A DNA stretch of 63,931 nucleotides, counting the filler, from Olpidium bornovanus S191 (Eukaryota > Fungi > Olpidiomycota): assembly GCA_017911155.1 (NCBI GenBank). It is 32 parts of 32 records of this genome, joined end to end, with 100 filler letters (N's around TTAATTAATTAA, not from the genome) between each part and the next. Parts side by side here need not be neighbours in the genome. Positions count along the whole stretch, not along the records: positions 59,062 to 62,538 come from JAEFCI010000309.1; positions 62,639 to 63,931 come from JAEFCI010002667.1; 30 more parts are not named here. One strand, written 5' to 3'. A model generated the notes under the pieces. It was given only the letters and a program-made list of their open reading frames with translations. It had not been told where the DNA came from and did not search any database. Below, piece by piece: positions 61,252 to 63,931 of this stretch. How positions within the stretch are numbered: position 1 is the first letter of the stretch; each line of letters begins with the position of its first letter. The translations under genes were made by a program, and so were the position numbers.

Positions 61252-61903
61252 ACTAGTTCTGAAAGTATATTTCAGTCGATGCATGACTCATGGTCCCAAA
61301 TGACCGGTGCAGTCTCGGAAGAATTTTCCATGTGTGTGTGTGTGTGTGTGTGTGGAGGCGGCGAAAAGTTGGTGCGCGGCGTAATATGGCGACTGCAGTG
61401 TCCGCCATGTTCGGTGTTGAGTGCGGGTAGCTCAGTGGTAGTTGCGTTATGTTCAGAGTTGCGGCTCGAGCGTTTACGAAGATTACATGATCAAGCCATG
61501 AAGTTATCATGAAAACTACAAAGTTTGGGGCAATGAACACATTGTGCTTGTGCAAAGAACCTCAACACGCATTTGAACAGTTGGCGCTTGTGCTGAACGC
61601 GGATGTTTGCCGTGAACGGTCTGTGCTCTCATGTGTGGTCGAATGAGGGCGTTCTGTGGCGGGGGGATACATTAAACGAGTGGCGACTCAGCCGCGTAAT
61701 GCAAGCAGAGCTCTGCAGTGCTCCATGGATGCCCAGAGCAATTGTTCCAGTGCAATTGTTTCAGTGCAATTAGTTGTCCAGTGCAATTTTTTTCAGTACA
61801 CTATTCTGCCAAACCCCGGCTGTAGCCCAGCACAAGCTGACGAAACGCTTCTGAGGCCACACAATCAAGGAGGAAAAAAAAAAAAGAAAAAGGAAGAGCG
61901 AGT

Positions 61904-62414
61904 ATGGCTCCGAGAGTCACCTTTGTCGTCGACGCAGACGGAGACTGTGGAGATGACGGCAGGCCGCAGCCGGAGGGCCCTTTCTTGGGTGAGTGAACCC
62001 GCTTCCCACCGTCCCTCATTACGACCTTCCCGGCGCCCGCGCGCGCTTGACATGCAGCCTGTCGCTTTCTCCCTGCTGCCCCCAGCAACCTTCCCGGCTC
62101 CGGCGCCTCCTCCCGCGGACCTCGCTTTCCAAGTGTACAAGCCGGTTGCCAAGCCCGGGGATGTGCTGCCGCGGCGGCTCGCCAGGAAAAGGGTTGTGGC
62201 CGCGGAGACAGAGCACGTGGAGTTCGAAGGGAAGAATTACGGCGAGGATGTCGCGAACGGCGCCTGCAACTGTCGCTACCTCATTGGGGCGTACGACCCA
62301 AAGACCCGCGAGGTCCATCTCAGGGAAGCCCCCGTGCTGCAGATGCAGAGGACGGTGAAGCGGCTTAAAGTGGCGAAAATCATTGAGGGAGATGTCGCGG
62401 AGGACGCGAACGAG
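61904..62414 (+). CDS. RPA49: RNA polymerase I subunit A49 (RPA49/PAF53), first two exons
   Basis: Exons 61904-61988 and 62086-62414: ...VVAAETEHVEFEGKNY...RYLIGAYDPKTREVHLREAPVLQMQRTVKRLK, matching the A49 pattern GET...E..G.N...Y..G.YD..T....L..AP. Confidence 0.8.
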
Positions 62415-62461
62415 GTATGCTGAGCGGGTTGACGAAAACTCTGCAGCTCTGGAGGAGCTCC

Positions 62462-62522
<61 letters not shown>

Positions 62523-62661
62523 CCGCCCGCCCCCCCCCNNNNNNNNNNNNNNNNNNNNNNNNNNNNNNNNNNNNNNNNNNNNTTAATTAATTAANNNNNN
62601 NNNNNNNNNNNNNNNNNNNNNNNNNNNNNNNNNNNNNNCAAATTGGCCGGTTTTTTCGCGG

Positions 62662-62706
<45 letters not shown>

Positions 62707-63082
62707 CGTTTGCAGGGTATGTTACTCTTTGTAACTCTCGCCCACTTCGTAACTGTGTGTCCCACAGGAGCTCCAAAACCTACTCTCTAAAAGGCAGCGC
62801 CGCCCGCACGAAGAAGGCGAAGCTATCTAGGACTCTGAAGGAAAGCATCGACAATTTCAATAGAAGGTTTACCCTGTACGGCGCAAACATCCTGCCCCTG
62901 CCCACCATTATTCTCCGATGTGGTGCAAGTTCCAGATCTTGTCCATCCTCCCCTTCCATTTTCTGCTTCCAGGTAAACTTCGTGGTTAAGCTGGCCGGCC
63001 GAAGCGACTTTCTTTCGCATTCTGAGGACCAGGTACGACCTGGACAAGCGACCCGCAGATTCGGGAAAACCGCCAAGCCCGT

Positions 63083-63122
<40 letters not shown>

Positions 63123-63386
63123 GATGCCACCTTGTTGGGGTTTAAAACAAAGTACACGCTTCGCACCACCCCCGCTGACGGGTGGTCTCTGCTTTCGCCA
63201 ACAAACCATTCCCGCGGCAAAAGCTTACCGCAGTAAAATTCCACTCAAAACAGTCTGTGTTGCATTGTTTTTTTTTCTGTCGGTTGGTCCGAGTTAATCC
63301 TCGTTGCAAATAAACATTCCCGGGAATGCCTTTACTCCATGACACCCTCGATGAAAAAATTAAAAAAGAATTATGGAGTGAAGTCT

Positions 63387-63417
<31 letters not shown>

Positions 63418-63931
63418 GGGGGGGTCAGAGAGAATTCCCCCCTCTCGGCCACCAACAGCCTCCCTTGCGCGCACGTCCACGAGGTTACATCGCCTCGCGG
63501 GAACGCGTACGGCAGGTTCTTCCCTGTCACCGCCCCTCCCCATCCCTTCCCTCACACACAAAGACCCCGCGAAAACGCCGTGCATCGAAAAACGCCTGCG
63601 GGGAGAAGAATCGCCGTGCGGGTGCGGCATATTTTTTTTTTAAAAAAATAAAAGCTGAAACCCCCCCCCCCCCCCCCCCCCCCCCCCCAGCCCACCCTCT
63701 TTTCCGAAAAAAAAAAACCCCTTCCGACAAACCCCCCCCCCCGCCCCCCCCCAAAAAAAAAAACCCCAACCCCCCCCCCCCCCCACCCTCGCACGGCAGA
63801 CACTACGTTCTTTCAGGAAAAAAAAAACCTCGTCTGGAAAACCACCCCACCGGCGCTCTTCAGATTGCCGGCGTTTCGGTTCGGGTCGCGTGTCGGGGGC
63901 CCCGGCGAAGGGAATTGGCAAGGGGAAGGGG

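Noticed and set aside
62700-63240. Spliced gene in the last contig
   Set aside because: Candidate exons on both strands could not be joined into a consistent frame or a recognisable protein.

Overview
This window is not one genomic locus. It is 32 short contigs (about 1-4.4 kb) joined by 31 artificial 100-nt spacers (N-run + TTAATTAATTAA + N-run), so adjacency is only meaningful within a contig. The DNA is eukaryotic, GC-rich and intron-rich (GT-AG introns, standard code). The proteins look fungal, and one CCDC33-like protein would fit a flagellated (zoosporic) early-diverging fungus; this taxonomic placement is inference only. Recognisable, mostly truncated genes: YjjX-like ITPase, CaMKK-family kinase, PGI1, TIM50, an eIF4E-binding (Eap1/4E-T-like) protein, a catalytically degenerate RNase III-domain protein, EFG1, SNZ1/PDX1, promethin-like, CWC24, RSM18, SLC1, a double-homeodomain protein, SAE2/CtIP, a universal stress protein, a PSR/SCP-type phosphatase, a KH-domain protein, CCDC33-like, an LRR protein, VPS36, an SH3 protein, RPL27 and RPA49. 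Exon boundaries were inferred by eye from splice signals and conserved motifs. The most unusual non-coding signal is a 4-copy array (15792-16316) of a 77-79-nt unit in which stems are conserved and loops vary, consistent with an unidentified structured RNA (ribozyme/retrozyme-like or small-RNA gene array). Other notable signals: a ~440-bp dispersed element in two contigs, two divergent Ty1/copia-type LTR-PBS junctions flanking an acidic 12-mer minisatellite, unusually frequent AAG splice acceptors, and a strong bias of contig ends towards CATG.
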